Of a stretch of 64,000 nucleotides of DNA, positions 18,441 through 27,318 are shown in pieces (positions within the stretch are counted from its first letter, which is position 1; every line of letters starts with the position of its first letter). A program made the position numbers and the translations under genes. Origin of the DNA: a virus (lineage: Duplodnaviria > Caudoviricetes); the IMG/VR virus record IMGVR_UViG_3300025679_000005; one strand, written 5' to 3'. The notes under the pieces were generated by a model that was not told where the DNA came from, did not search any database, and saw nothing but the letters and a program-made list of their open reading frames with translations.

Positions 18441-19006
18441 TTTGCCCTTAACTTCTGACCCCGGGATCCGTTCTATTGATCATGGCACAAGCAAAACGAA
18501 TCGAAGCGGTCACGGTTACCCGAACCTGGTATGCACGTCGCCAAGCCGCTATCGGTCAGGCCAACGTCCTGACCACCCAGAAACAGCAGCAGCACAATGC
18601 TGTCAGAGATCCGCTGGGCGGACAGCTCTGGCGGTTAGAAAACGCTGTGACCAAGGAATTGGTCGACTCCGAAGGCGTCCCCCTCGAAGTCAATTCCCAA
18701 GGATACCCCGTCTCTCTCATCAAGGGCGAGTAGTTTGCCCTTAACTTCTGACCCCGGGATCCGTTCTATTGATCATGGCACAAGCAAAACGAATCGAAGC
18801 GGTCACGGTTACCCGAACCTGGTATGCACGTCGCCAAGCCGCTATCGGTCAGGCCAACGTCCTGACCACCCAGAAACAGCAGCAGCACAATGCTGTCAGA
18901 GATCCGCTGGGCGGACAGCTCTGGCGGTTAGAAAACGCTGTGACCAAGGAATTGGTCGACTCCGAAGGCGTCCCCCTCGAAGTCAATTCCCAAGGATACC
19001 CCGTCT
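18417..19006. repeat. Perfect 293-bp tandem duplication (promoter plus gene) with GTCT junction microhomology
   Basis: 18417-18709 identical to 18710-19002; GTCT repeated at 19003. Confidence 0.9.
18482..18733 (+). CDS. Hypothetical protein, duplicate copy 1
   Basis: After class A promoter 18448-18475; C-terminal SLIKGE gained from duplication. Confidence 0.65.
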   Translation: MAQAKRIEAVTVTRTWYARRQAAIGQANVLTTQKQQQHNAVRDPLGGQLWRLENAVTKELVDSEGVPLEVNSQGYPVSLIKGE

Positions 19007-19008
19007 AA
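18775..19008 (+). CDS. Hypothetical protein, duplicate copy 2
   Basis: After class A promoter 18741-18768. Confidence 0.65.
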   Translation: MAQAKRIEAVTVTRTWYARRQAAIGQANVLTTQKQQQHNAVRDPLGGQLWRLENAVTKELVDSEGVPLEVNSQGYPV

Positions 19009-19009
19009 A

Positions 19010-19255
19010 ATGGCAACTACCAAGCACACGATCACACCCACCGTTTTAGAGCGTGAAGACGGTATGGCAATGCTTCGCCTCGCCAATGGCATGTGGGCCA
19101 TTCGAGCCCCGATCGCCGGCCAGGCTCGATTCTGGGACGGACTGTACTGGGTCGTATCGAGTCGCATCAATACGGCGTCAGGGATCTGGCCCCTTAGGTT
19201 CCAGTTTGAAGCCGTCAACGCTGCGGCCATCCTAGAGGTCTTGGAAGCTCCGTGA
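19010..19255 (+). CDS. Hypothetical protein
   Basis: ORF track. Confidence 0.55.
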   Translation: MATTKHTITPTVLEREDGMAMLRLANGMWAIRAPIAGQARFWDGLYWVVSSRINTASGIWPLRFQFEAVNAAAILEVLEAP

Positions 19256-19335
19256 ACAAGCCCAAACCAGTGTTCATCGACCCCCAAGAGGGTTTCCTAC
19301 TAAAGGGTGTCGACCACTAGTACTGCCCCTTTAGA

Positions 19336-19533
19336 ATGGTAGATACCTTCATTGACCTAGAAACGTTGATCAAAATCAACGACGAGCTAGATATCGCTGG
19401 TCATCTGGTGACCTTCGATGAAGCCCTGGCATGGCTGCGGAAGGCCCCTCAAGCAGAGACCCTGGAGGACCTCGAAGGAGAAGACCCTCACGCCATTGAC
19501 CAATACCTCCGAACGGGCGGACCCAATGTTTGA
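19336..19533 (+). CDS. Hypothetical protein
   Basis: ORF track. Confidence 0.5.
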   Translation: MVDTFIDLETLIKINDELDIAGHLVTFDEALAWLRKAPQAETLEDLEGEDPHAIDQYLRTGGPNV

Positions 19534-19747
19534 GGGATCCTGCGGTGCGTATATCACCCGGACCGGCTCAGTCATTCCTGACGGTGAGCTGGCCTACTAC
19601 GCCCCCACGGTAGATTCTCAGCCAATGCCCGTGAAGGTAGAGGCGATCATCTTCTCGAACCCCGAGCACGTGACAGTAACCATCAAGGCTCCTTGGGGTT
19701 ATGAGACCCTAACCGGCCCACAAGCCAATCGACTGCTAGCGTCATGA
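19526..19747 (+). CDS. Hypothetical protein (PWGYETL motif)
   Basis: Coupled ATG. Confidence 0.5.
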   Translation: MFEGSCGAYITRTGSVIPDGELAYYAPTVDSQPMPVKVEAIIFSNPEHVTVTIKAPWGYETLTGPQANRLLAS

Positions 19748-20388
19748 ACCCCATCAGGATTCCGATCGGAACGCTGCCTTCACGAGAGCAGTTCGACATT
19801 GCCTTCATTGAAGTGACAGGACCCTCAAGGACTTTCGCCTTCAAAGGGATGTCCTTTTTTGCCGCCTTGCTCTGGATGACACTCATCGACCGGCTCAGCA
19901 TTTCCAACATGCCTGAAAAGCATGTCGAGCCGGCCGAAGCTCAGGCCGCTCGACTTTGGTGCTCAGAGGTTCTGACAGCTCTAGGCTTTAAATGGATCGA
20001 GTACGGAGACGAGCCCGACCCTCACAAGGAAGTGCTCGTGACCTTTCGCCTTCCGATCAATGCCGACAAGGAAGACGGTTACCGGTATCTCGAAATGTTG
20101 GTCTACGGGCCGATGAACTACGTCGGCGTCTACTGTCGCCAGACGTGGGACATCATCTCCTTGGATGACATGGACTTCGATGATGACGGTGATGGCTGTC
20201 CGAAGCCAGGCAAAGATTACGTCAAGACCACCACTGCCTGGGAACAGATCTGCTACCACGATTCTGGCTGGCGCACGGACGGAATCGATCGCATCATCCG
20301 GATGTACGAAGACCAGATCTTGGGCCTGAGAGGTCCCCGCTGGTATCAAGTGATTGACGCCCCGCAAGAAATCCAGTCTAAGTACTGA
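19744..20388 (+). CDS. Hypothetical protein
   Basis: 214-aa ORF. Confidence 0.6.
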   Translation: MNPIRIPIGTLPSREQFDIAFIEVTGPSRTFAFKGMSFFAALLWMTLIDRLSISNMPEKHVEPAEAQAARLWCSEVLTALGFKWIEYGDEPDPHKEVLVTFRLPINADKEDGYRYLEMLVYGPMNYVGVYCRQTWDIISLDDMDFDDDGDGCPKPGKDYVKTTTAWEQICYHDSGWRTDGIDRIIRMYEDQILGLRGPRWYQVIDAPQEIQSKY

Positions 20389-20467
20389 CCGGTGTATGAC
20401 CCCGAATGGTTCATCTGATTGTGGCATTCCTGGGGATCATCGTAGGTTACCGTCTAGGAGCTGGTAG

Positions 20468-20692
20468 GTGGATGTGGCAAAAGAAGAACTGAAGCCGTTT
20501 CCGATAACAGCAAATCGGGAAGGTACCGGAGAAGTGCGTGTGAGCTTCCCAGGAGGCTCTGTGCTGCTTTGCGCCCATGGGGCTAGGGCATTGGCCCATG
20601 AAATCGAACAGGCCGCTGTGGGGCAGTATTGTGACGGCTACAGGCATGGTGATGAGTCGACCATGTACATCGGCTTCAAGGCGGAGTCATGA
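20468..20692 (+). CDS. Hypothetical protein
   Basis: ORF track. Confidence 0.5.
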   Translation: MDVAKEELKPFPITANREGTGEVRVSFPGGSVLLCAHGARALAHEIEQAAVGQYCDGYRHGDESTMYIGFKAES

Positions 20693-20940
20693 TCGAAGCA
20701 GGGCAGCTCTACCAGGACCTTCGCAAAAGGCATGCCTGGAGGCAAGTACTGGTGATTGGGCGCCCCTTCAAAGGCGAGAAGCTTCTGTGTACTGTGTTCT
20801 CAGTGGCTACGAATCAGCCCATTGGCAGAGCCCTCAGGATCCCCGTTGAGGTACTGAGTGACCCAACACGGTACAAGCTCATTGAACGGAAGTCTTCGAC
20901 CAAGAAGTCGGTTTCTGAGCATCCGCAAGGCTCCCCTTAA
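20689..20940 (+). CDS. Hypothetical protein (SH3-like beta pattern)
   Basis: IEAGQLYQD...RQVLVIG. Confidence 0.5.
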   Translation: MIEAGQLYQDLRKRHAWRQVLVIGRPFKGEKLLCTVFSVATNQPIGRALRIPVEVLSDPTRYKLIERKSSTKKSVSEHPQGSP

Positions 20941-20964
20941 CTTCCTCGAAGCGGCTCCGTTCTA
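20937..20964 (+). promoter_or_regulatory. Class A promoter
   Basis: ATG at 20971. Confidence 0.8.
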
Positions 20965-20970
20965 CTGAGC

Positions 20971-21747
20971 ATGGACAACAGGCACCCCTTCGAAAAAGCT
21001 CTCCTCGGCAAAGCGCCATTCCGTTGCGTTCGTGTCGAGGAAATAGTCCACACCTCTGCGGACGGACACACCCGTGCCGGCACCAGCTGTGACTTCTGTT
21101 TCACGAGCATCCGCTGGGCCTTCTTCATCAACTCGGCCGACGGCAAGGAATTCAAGGTCGGTTGCGATTGCGTCGCCAAGACCCACGACTCCGGCCTCAA
21201 GTCCGAGGTTTCCAAAGCCCGCCGTGAGTTCAAGGCTGAGACCAAGCGGACTGCCTTGCGAGTGGCTGCTAAGGAGCGGGCAGCACAGTTCCTGGCCAAG
21301 CATACTGGCCTGGAAACGGCCCTCAAGGTCGAGCACCCTATCATCCGTGACATTGGCAGCAAGCTGCTCCAGTACGGCTCCTTGAGCCTGCGTCAGGTGG
21401 CCTTCGTGTTCTCCCTAGCCGAAAAGGCTGAGCTGGCGGAACTGGACATTGTGGGCTGTGCCCAACCTCCAGTCCTTGACGTGCCCTCCTTCGAGGACCG
21501 TGTTCAACTCGTGGTCAAGGTCTTGTCCACGCGACTGGATGAGGGGCGTTTCGGCACCACCTTGAAGGCCCTCTACCAGGTGCGTACCCCCGAAGGCTGT
21601 TGGAAGGCCTGGGGCACTCTCCCCAGCGGGATCCGCGGGGAGGTCAAGGGCAACACCTACACGATCAAGACCCGTGTGGTACCCTCGAAGGAAGACCCCA
21701 AGTTCGGGTTCTTCAATCGTCCTACGGTTGTTCAGCTCAATAGCTGA
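20971..21747 (+). CDS. Hypothetical protein with N-terminal Zn site and OB-fold-like C-terminus
   Basis: CDFC...GCDC; C-terminal beta-rich segment. Confidence 0.65.
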   Translation: MDNRHPFEKALLGKAPFRCVRVEEIVHTSADGHTRAGTSCDFCFTSIRWAFFINSADGKEFKVGCDCVAKTHDSGLKSEVSKARREFKAETKRTALRVAAKERAAQFLAKHTGLETALKVEHPIIRDIGSKLLQYGSLSLRQVAFVFSLAEKAELAELDIVGCAQPPVLDVPSFEDRVQLVVKVLSTRLDEGRFGTTLKALYQVRTPEGCWKAWGTLPSGIRGEVKGNTYTIKTRVVPSKEDPKFGFFNRPTVVQLNS

Positions 21748-22270
21748 TCAGGTATGTCTTTGGAACGGAGTCTGTTAGCCAGACTCCGTTCGTCGAGAGA
21801 TAGAACTTGTACCCGTCCGCGTGCATGACACCCGCTTGCACGGTCAGAATAATGGCCGGGCGACGCCTATTGGCCACGATCAGGGCTGTAGCCAAATCCG
21901 CTGACAAGTGCACGTGGTGCCGGGCCATTTTCTGGAGCCCACCCGATTCAAAGACAGCTTCCACGAATCGGGTGGAGGTACCATGATATAGAGTCTCCGG
22001 AGGTTCCCGCTCTTCGTACCCCAGGCCGACTTCCACCGAATGCCCCTGAGAAGCTCGAATTCGAGTCTTGTCCTCGTTGAACTCGAAGCGCTTCTTGTCG
22101 TTGTCGGCAACGACATCTTCGAGGTCTTGCCTGGACATGTAGGTGACGACGCCCAGTAATGCGGCGACATCGAGCCAACCCGCCTCGTCCAGGGTCAACC
22201 CGAAACCCCCCGGGTCATGTCGGAGGATCCGGCTGAGCAACTTGCTTCGTTTGACCTGTAGCTTGATCAT
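21737..22270 (-). CDS. kptA: RNA 2'-phosphotransferase (Tpt1/KptA), NAD+-dependent
   Basis: SKLLSRILRH, DKKRF, IRASQGHS, LYHGTS, RHHVHLS, NGVWL. Confidence 0.93.
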   Translation of the reverse strand: MIKLQVKRSKLLSRILRHDPGGFGLTLDEAGWLDVAALLGVVTYMSRQDLEDVVADNDKKRFEFNEDKTRIRASQGHSVEVGLGYEEREPPETLYHGTSTRFVEAVFESGGLQKMARHHVHLSADLATALIVANRRRPAIILTVQAGVMHADGYKFYLSTNGVWLTDSVPKTYLISY

Positions 22271-22273
22271 GGC

Positions 22274-22678
22274 GTGCCTTGCACTATTCAACGCCTCAAT
22301 CGTAAAGGCGTCGAAGCTCCGCCCGACAACATCCCTACGGAAGGGGACAACATCAAAGCTGAGTTCAAGGAGCGCATCAAAGGCATGGCCACGGACCTCG
22401 TGAAGAAGCGGCAGGCCTTCTCCGAGATCATGGCCAAGAAAAACCTGACCAAGGCTGACCGCGAAGCAGCGGCCAAGACTTTGGACCAAGCTGTCCAAGA
22501 ACTGACTGCCAACGCCCCTTTCTTCCTGGAGATGTTCCAGGAGGCCACCGAGAAGGTCGTGCACACGGCCAAGGCCGAGGTCGCTGCCTTCATGGCCGTA
22601 GCTTCCCAGGAGCGTGGCGTAGCCTTGCCAGAGGGCGAGATTCCTTCTAGGCTCCTCCCCTTGGGTGCCACCGAATAA
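22274..22678 (+). CDS. Hypothetical helical protein
   Basis: ORF track; start uncertain. Confidence 0.55.
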   Translation: MPCTIQRLNRKGVEAPPDNIPTEGDNIKAEFKERIKGMATDLVKKRQAFSEIMAKKNLTKADREAAAKTLDQAVQELTANAPFFLEMFQEATEKVVHTAKAEVAAFMAVASQERGVALPEGEIPSRLLPLGATE

Positions 22679-22704
22679 GGCACTTTTTAGTAACTCTCTG
22701 TAAT

Positions 22705-22944
22705 ATGGTTGCTTCAGCTCCGCGGATTTTCACGTTAGGGAACGGTCGTAAATTTAGGGCTACCCCTGATTCAGGGTCCTACAACGGACTACAGCTGGAA
22801 GTCCGAGTCCCGTGGGGTTGGGAGACACTAAAGGCTCAAGATATGATAGACTTGGCCACGAAGGCTTTGGCTAGGCAGGCGATTGGCGCTCCGGTCAAGG
22901 ACTTCAGGTGGAGCTTAGATGATCGCTATACCGACCCAGGTTGA
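22705..22944 (+). CDS. Hypothetical protein (PWGWETL motif)
   Basis: ORF track. Confidence 0.5.
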   Translation: MVASAPRIFTLGNGRKFRATPDSGSYNGLQLEVRVPWGWETLKAQDMIDLATKALARQAIGAPVKDFRWSLDDRYTDPG

Positions 22945-23057
22945 GACACTCCTGGAGGTCCTGTTCTTTCTTTCCGTGCTGATGTCGGCCACTCTACTAT
23001 TTCACGCCCCTCGCTGATTTTTTCGAAAACGGGCTAGAAGTCGGTGTAGCAATGGAC

Positions 23058-23238
23058 AGCCGGTCGATGTGCAGGTACCCCCCTCCCTGCTGCTTCCGGC
23101 GCCTACTAAGTCCCCTGGCGTGTCGCGCTTTCCCCTCAAGCAGTCCACGCCAGGGGCAATTCTCTCTCTGATTCAGCCCACGAACACGTGACTACGGTTT
23201 GGACGCTGTACCCATGTCGTGGGCTGAATCAGAAAGAG
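23058..23238 (+). ncRNA. Candidate three-hairpin non-coding RNA
   Basis: Starts about 9 nt after GGTGTA (23043); stems 23059-23100, 23112-23156 (11 bp), 23167-23233 (17 bp perfect). Confidence 0.5.
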
Positions 23239-23239
23239 C

Positions 23240-23267
23240 TTAACTTCTTCGGGGCGTGTCCGTTCTA
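23240..23267 (+). promoter_or_regulatory. Class A promoter
   Basis: ATG at 23274. Confidence 0.8.
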
Positions 23268-23273
23268 CTGATC

Positions 23274-23873
23274 ATGAACCGCGCCGAATTCTTCGCCATG
23301 CTGGAGCCTTTCCTGGCCCCGTCCACTTTGCTCGATGTCCAGGTGGCCTACACCTTCGCCAAGTTCGGCCATCGGGCCCAGGTCCGCAAGGAGACGGATG
23401 CGGACGGAAAGCCCGTCCGCTACTTCGAACACGTTCGCCGGGTAGCGATCAACGTGGTCCAAGACGCCAAGATCGTCCTCCCGGAGTTGGTTATCGCCGC
23501 CCTCATCCACGATGGGCTGGAGGACACCCGGGACATCACCCCGGAGATGACAGAGCACCTGTTCGGCAAAGAGGTGGCCATGATCGTGAAGACCCTCTCT
23601 AAGTGCCCTGAAGAGGGCTATCTCGAACGGTTCCACATGTGCACGGACTGGCGGGCCTATGTGGTCAAAGCCTGCGACCGCCTCGACAATCTGCGTTCTC
23701 TGAGCCAGGCCTCCCCTGAATTCCAGGCCAAGCAGATCAAGGAGACAAGGGCCAAATATTACGACCTGTTCGACAAGATGATCGTGTTGACCCCTCCAGA
23801 GTACAGGGCTCGTACTCAATCCCTACGGGACGCCATCATCAAGCAGACCGAAGGGCATCGGATCAGTCCTTAA
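23274..23873 (+). CDS. HD-domain hydrolase, RelA/SpoT/Mesh1-like
   Basis: HRAQVRK...YFEHV...AALIHDGLEDT...VKACDRLDNLR. Confidence 0.85.
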   Translation: MNRAEFFAMLEPFLAPSTLLDVQVAYTFAKFGHRAQVRKETDADGKPVRYFEHVRRVAINVVQDAKIVLPELVIAALIHDGLEDTRDITPEMTEHLFGKEVAMIVKTLSKCPEEGYLERFHMCTDWRAYVVKACDRLDNLRSLSQASPEFQAKQIKETRAKYYDLFDKMIVLTPPEYRARTQSLRDAIIKQTEGHRISP

Positions 23874-23897
23874 TTTTCTGGGCCCTGCTCCGTTAGA
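23870..23897 (+). promoter_or_regulatory. Class A promoter variant TTAATTT-N13-CCGTTAGA
   Basis: ATG at 23904. Confidence 0.65.
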
Positions 23898-23903
23898 ACA
23901 GAC

Positions 23904-24383
23904 ATGAACCGACCCACTTACAACGGCTCGACCGTCACCACGCCTGAAGCGGCCATGTTGATCCAACTCTTGGGAGCACAGACCTACCGGGATCTCGCCC
24001 TGACCACGGATCAGATGAGAGCCATCCAGAAGCTCTATGGCTTCGTGCCGGAGAAGCCGAACAAGAAGCCTGAGGCTCCCGTCAAGCCCGAGCGTGCGGA
24101 CCTTGACACTCTCTGGAAGTACGAAGATGCCATGAAGGCGTATGAGAAGGCGGTCCGTTCCCACGAGAAATGGGAAGATCCCATCAAGCTCATGCAAGCG
24201 GGGGCAGATCATAACGCCCTACGTCACGCACAATCCGACGGGCTTCGTGTCATCGCCTGGCTAGCCCAGTACGTTCCTGCCGGAGAAGACCCTCTCAAAC
24301 ACGTGATCCAGCTTGCTGCCGAAGCGGGCATGGACGTGAGCTGCGAGGAACTGGAGTGGGCTAACTCCGACCCTACAGACTGA
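23904..24383 (+). CDS. Hypothetical protein
   Basis: Leaderless start. Confidence 0.65.
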   Translation: MNRPTYNGSTVTTPEAAMLIQLLGAQTYRDLALTTDQMRAIQKLYGFVPEKPNKKPEAPVKPERADLDTLWKYEDAMKAYEKAVRSHEKWEDPIKLMQAGADHNALRHAQSDGLRVIAWLAQYVPAGEDPLKHVIQLAAEAGMDVSCEELEWANSDPTD

Positions 24384-24936
24384 CTGCAACGCTGAACCTG
24401 GGGTCAGCGTATCCGGTACCGTAGACCCAGACCCAATCTCTGTGGCGCCGGATACCGTAGCTACCGATTTCGACGCCCCTCAATTCGATGTCCAGGCCCG
24501 CCTCTGTGTGCCGGATATAGGCGTCCTCCCCGCCTTCAAGGGAGTGAAAGAAGTCGAGAGCGTGGCAGGCCATGTTCCCCAGAGCGGCGTGTACCCACCC
24601 GTCTTTGGAATCGGTCTTTCGGCACTCGATCAGCTCTACCTTGAAGAAGGTGTTCTGATGAAGCTCGTCCGGGGTGTCGTCTCTGAAACAAGGTGTGGCG
24701 GCCATTCGCTTACCAAAGTCTAGGGTGTCGTCGAGCATTTTCTGTATGAAAGCCTGCTCGGCAGAGCCCACAAGGGTTCCTTGATTGCCCATCCCCAGCG
24801 GTTTGGCTCCGGTTGGCAATGTCACCGCCACGGCTTCGGCACTGACAATCCAGGGTACTTCCACGTACCTGTATCCGTGGACTTGGTACATCTCGACAGC
24901 GCTGCCAACATTGACCCAGTTGATGCCGTGTTTCAT
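24373..24936 (-). CDS. Stand-alone class II aminoacyl-tRNA-synthetase-like catalytic domain
   Basis: Motif-2-like TPCFRDD...H..F.KVEL; motif-3-like YGTGYADPRF. Confidence 0.6.
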   Translation of the reverse strand: MKHGINWVNVGSAVEMYQVHGYRYVEVPWIVSAEAVAVTLPTGAKPLGMGNQGTLVGSAEQAFIQKMLDDTLDFGKRMAATPCFRDDTPDELHQNTFFKVELIECRKTDSKDGWVHAALGNMACHALDFFHSLEGGEDAYIRHTEAGLDIELRGVEIGSYGIRRHRDWVWVYGTGYADPRFSVAVSL

Positions 24937-25181
24937 TTGTGCTCTCCAGCCTCGAAGGCGCGGCGGGTGCCGGCTGCCATCTTGGCGACATCGACCATAG
25001 CCACCCCCAAAGTCTCAGCCACACCTTCGATAGCTCCGTATAAGTCGGCCAGCTCACAGAGGGCGAGGATGGGGTTGTCCTGCTCCAAAGCTTCGGCTAG
25101 CTCATCCAGCTCCTCAGCAATTTTTGAGGGGGACCCGTAGACTCCTCGAACCTTGATCGGGCGTAGGTGGTAGCTGCTCAT
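24933..25181 (-). CDS. MazG-like NTP pyrophosphohydrolase
   Basis: KIAEELDEL...ELADL pattern. Confidence 0.7.
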   Translation of the reverse strand: MSSYHLRPIKVRGVYGSPSKIAEELDELAEALEQDNPILALCELADLYGAIEGVAETLGVAMVDVAKMAAGTRRAFEAGEHK

Positions 25182-25367
25182 TTTCTCCGAATCACTTTCC
25201 GCCGCTTTACTTTGCGGCGTTCAATGAGCGTGACCTCGATGTCGTAGTAGCGCCTATCCCGGCGGGTGCGGCGGATTTTTGGAGTTCTCTTGGGCTCTAC
25301 GGGGTCGGACAAGTGCTAGGATATACACCGATGATCAAAATATCCCAAGACCCCGCGTCTCAAGGAG

Positions 25368-26033
25368 GTGCTCAAGGACGACAAGCTCTTGAAGGCTTGG
25401 CGGAAGTGCACGGTCATCGTCAGTGAGAAACTTGACGGTTCCAACACCGGAGTCAGCTTCAGCCCTGAGGGTCTGCTGATCCTTCAGAGTCGGGGCCACG
25501 TGCTCACAGGAGGCGCCAGAGAGCGTCAGTTTGAACTATTCAAGCAATGGGGCCACTCCAACATCGACGCCCTCTACGGAGCCATAGGGAGTCGTTACGT
25601 CCTGTTCGGTGAATGGCTCTATGCCAAGCATAAGGTCTTCTATGATGCATTACCCGGGTACTTCATCGAGTACGACCTGTACGACAAGGAAGCCAAGAGG
25701 TTCTTGACGACGCCTCAACGAGCGGAGATCATCGGATCCTTGGGAGTCCCCTCGGCGCCGGTATTGTTCGAAGGAGTGTTTGGCAAGGTCAACAACTTCG
25801 TGCAATACGTCGGACTGTCCGCGTTCAAGACGCCTAAGTGGCGATCCCATTTAGGTTCCCTCGAAGGAACTGACGACAGCTCGTGGATGGAAGGGATCTA
25901 TATCAAAATCGAGGACGACTTTGAGGTTGTCGGGCGGATCAAGTTTCCTCGCCCGGAATTCGAGAAGATCCGGGATGACGACACGAACTGGCTGCGTCGA
26001 CCGATCGTGAAGAACCTGCTCCGTCAGGGGTGA
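25368..26033 (+). CDS. ATP-dependent RNA ligase family protein
   Basis: SEKLDGSN (motif I), FGEW, EGIYIK. Confidence 0.85.
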   Translation: MLKDDKLLKAWRKCTVIVSEKLDGSNTGVSFSPEGLLILQSRGHVLTGGARERQFELFKQWGHSNIDALYGAIGSRYVLFGEWLYAKHKVFYDALPGYFIEYDLYDKEAKRFLTTPQRAEIIGSLGVPSAPVLFEGVFGKVNNFVQYVGLSAFKTPKWRSHLGSLEGTDDSSWMEGIYIKIEDDFEVVGRIKFPRPEFEKIRDDDTNWLRRPIVKNLLRQG

Positions 26034-26362
26034 CAGAGGTCGCAGCCGGGACTGCTGCAAGCGCAGTATGGCTTGAGTTTTGGCTGTGGAGGTTCTTTAC
26101 CGCTACCTTCGCAGTGAGGACACTCCATCATGAGCCTGGAGTTCATGGGCACATGCACCTGTTTTTTGCCTGCGCAGCGACCACAAGGTGTTGAGGACGC
26201 TACAGGGAATGGCAAGGATAGCTGCGGGCAGGTCAGGTGCTCGGCCTTGAACTTGTCCACAGAGGCGAGGACCCCGCTCAAAGCTGCCGGCATTTTCAGT
26301 GCTTCAGAGACGCCGCACTTCTGACAATGGAACACCGGGGGTTGTCTCAGCGTACTGAGCAA
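26024..26362 (-). CDS. Cys-rich hypothetical protein (DnaJ-type CxxCxGxG-like)
   Basis: CQKC, CGRCAG, CPHCEGSG. Confidence 0.55.
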   Translation of the reverse strand: MLSTLRQPPVFHCQKCGVSEALKMPAALSGVLASVDKFKAEHLTCPQLSLPFPVASSTPCGRCAGKKQVHVPMNSRLMMECPHCEGSGKEPPQPKLKPYCACSSPGCDLCHP

Positions 26363-26365
26363 TCA
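26344..26365 (-). promoter_or_regulatory. 22-nt 5' leader hairpin element, copy 1
   Basis: TGATTGCTCAGTACGCTGAGAC, 10 nt after GGTGTA. Confidence 0.75.
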
Positions 26366-26590
26366 AATATTGGTATACACCGCCGCCCCTGTCTGGAAAA
26401 TTAGTACCGTCACCAGGCCAGCGTCTTCACCGGGTATCGGTTCTCCTAGATTACCATTTCCAACTTACGCCTTTCAACGTGTGGGGTTAGCCCGCTTGCG
26501 CGGGCAATGGGGTTTCTAAAGTTCCACCTGCTCAGCCGACCTGATGACTAAGCTTGACCACGTCTAGCTCGGGGCAAGCCTAGTTGGATT

Positions 26591-26983
26591 CTACCATAAC
26601 TTCGGGAGTTTGGAAATTAGTTCGAAGCAGGCCATTGAAGGATTGTACTTGAACCGACAGCCAGTCTTAGTGTCCTTAAGGATAAGGGACACTAACTGCT
26701 CACTCTGTTTCCGGACGTAGGTTTCCGCAGACAATTCGTCGTGAAACATGCTGACCATTCGACCCCTGAGGTCGAGGGCCCAGTATCTGAAAGGCAGATC
26801 CATCATCCGAGCAGGTGTATAAGCAAAGGCTTCAGGCAGCTTTGCGCGGTTTACGACAGGGCTCTTTTTTAGGGTCGGCCAAGAATCTGCCGCGCACATC
26901 CAAGGCAACAGCTCTTCGAAGAGCCTTGAGAGCATTCCATAGCTCTGGCTTTTTCTCCCAACGGATGGCCAAACGCTCGACAT
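26591..26983 (-). CDS. Hypothetical protein
   Basis: ORF track; start uncertain. Confidence 0.4.
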   Translation of the reverse strand: MSSVWPSVGRKSQSYGMLSRLFEELLPWMCAADSWPTLKKSPVVNRAKLPEAFAYTPARMMDLPFRYWALDLRGRMVSMFHDELSAETYVRKQSEQLVSLILKDTKTGCRFKYNPSMACFELISKLPKLW

Positions 26984-27269
26984 TCCAGCAGGTTGGCTTA
27001 CACCACCTCTCGATTGGAAATAGCTGACCGTAAAGAACGCAGCCCTTCAAAGCACACCCCACCTTAGGGTTCTCTCCCATGGGATCCAAGATTCGTGCAG
27101 GGAAGTTGCAGAACGGGCACTGGGCGGGAAGGCCCTCTGGCCCGTGCGCCCACACGAATTCGGCCTCATCGCCTTGACCGTAACCCCCTGTCAGACCTCT
27201 TGTAGCAGATGGTGCAGTACATGGAGTAGCCCGTTCGCAGGCTATAATTAGTGTAGGGCACTTCTCCAC
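26832..27269 (-). CDS. Cys-rich hypothetical protein
   Basis: CPFC...C..KGC; start uncertain. Confidence 0.4.
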   Translation of the reverse strand: MEKCPTLIIACERATPCTAPSATRGLTGGYGQGDEAEFVWAHGPEGLPAQCPFCNFPARILDPMGENPKVGCALKGCVLYGQLFPIERWCKPTCWNVERLAIRWEKKPELWNALKALRRAVALDVRGRFLADPKKEPCRKPRKAA

Positions 27270-27318
27270 AGCAGAGTTTCATGGGATGTTTTTACACCGG
27301 CTTAGATAGGAGGTCCCC

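Noticed and set aside
21737-22564. 275-aa version of the Tpt1 ORF and other long antisense ORFs (e.g. 5423-6079, 23265-23819, 41537-42157, 48508-49215, 60057-60557)
   Set aside because: Shadow frames of well-supported genes on the opposite strand; no recognisable motifs.
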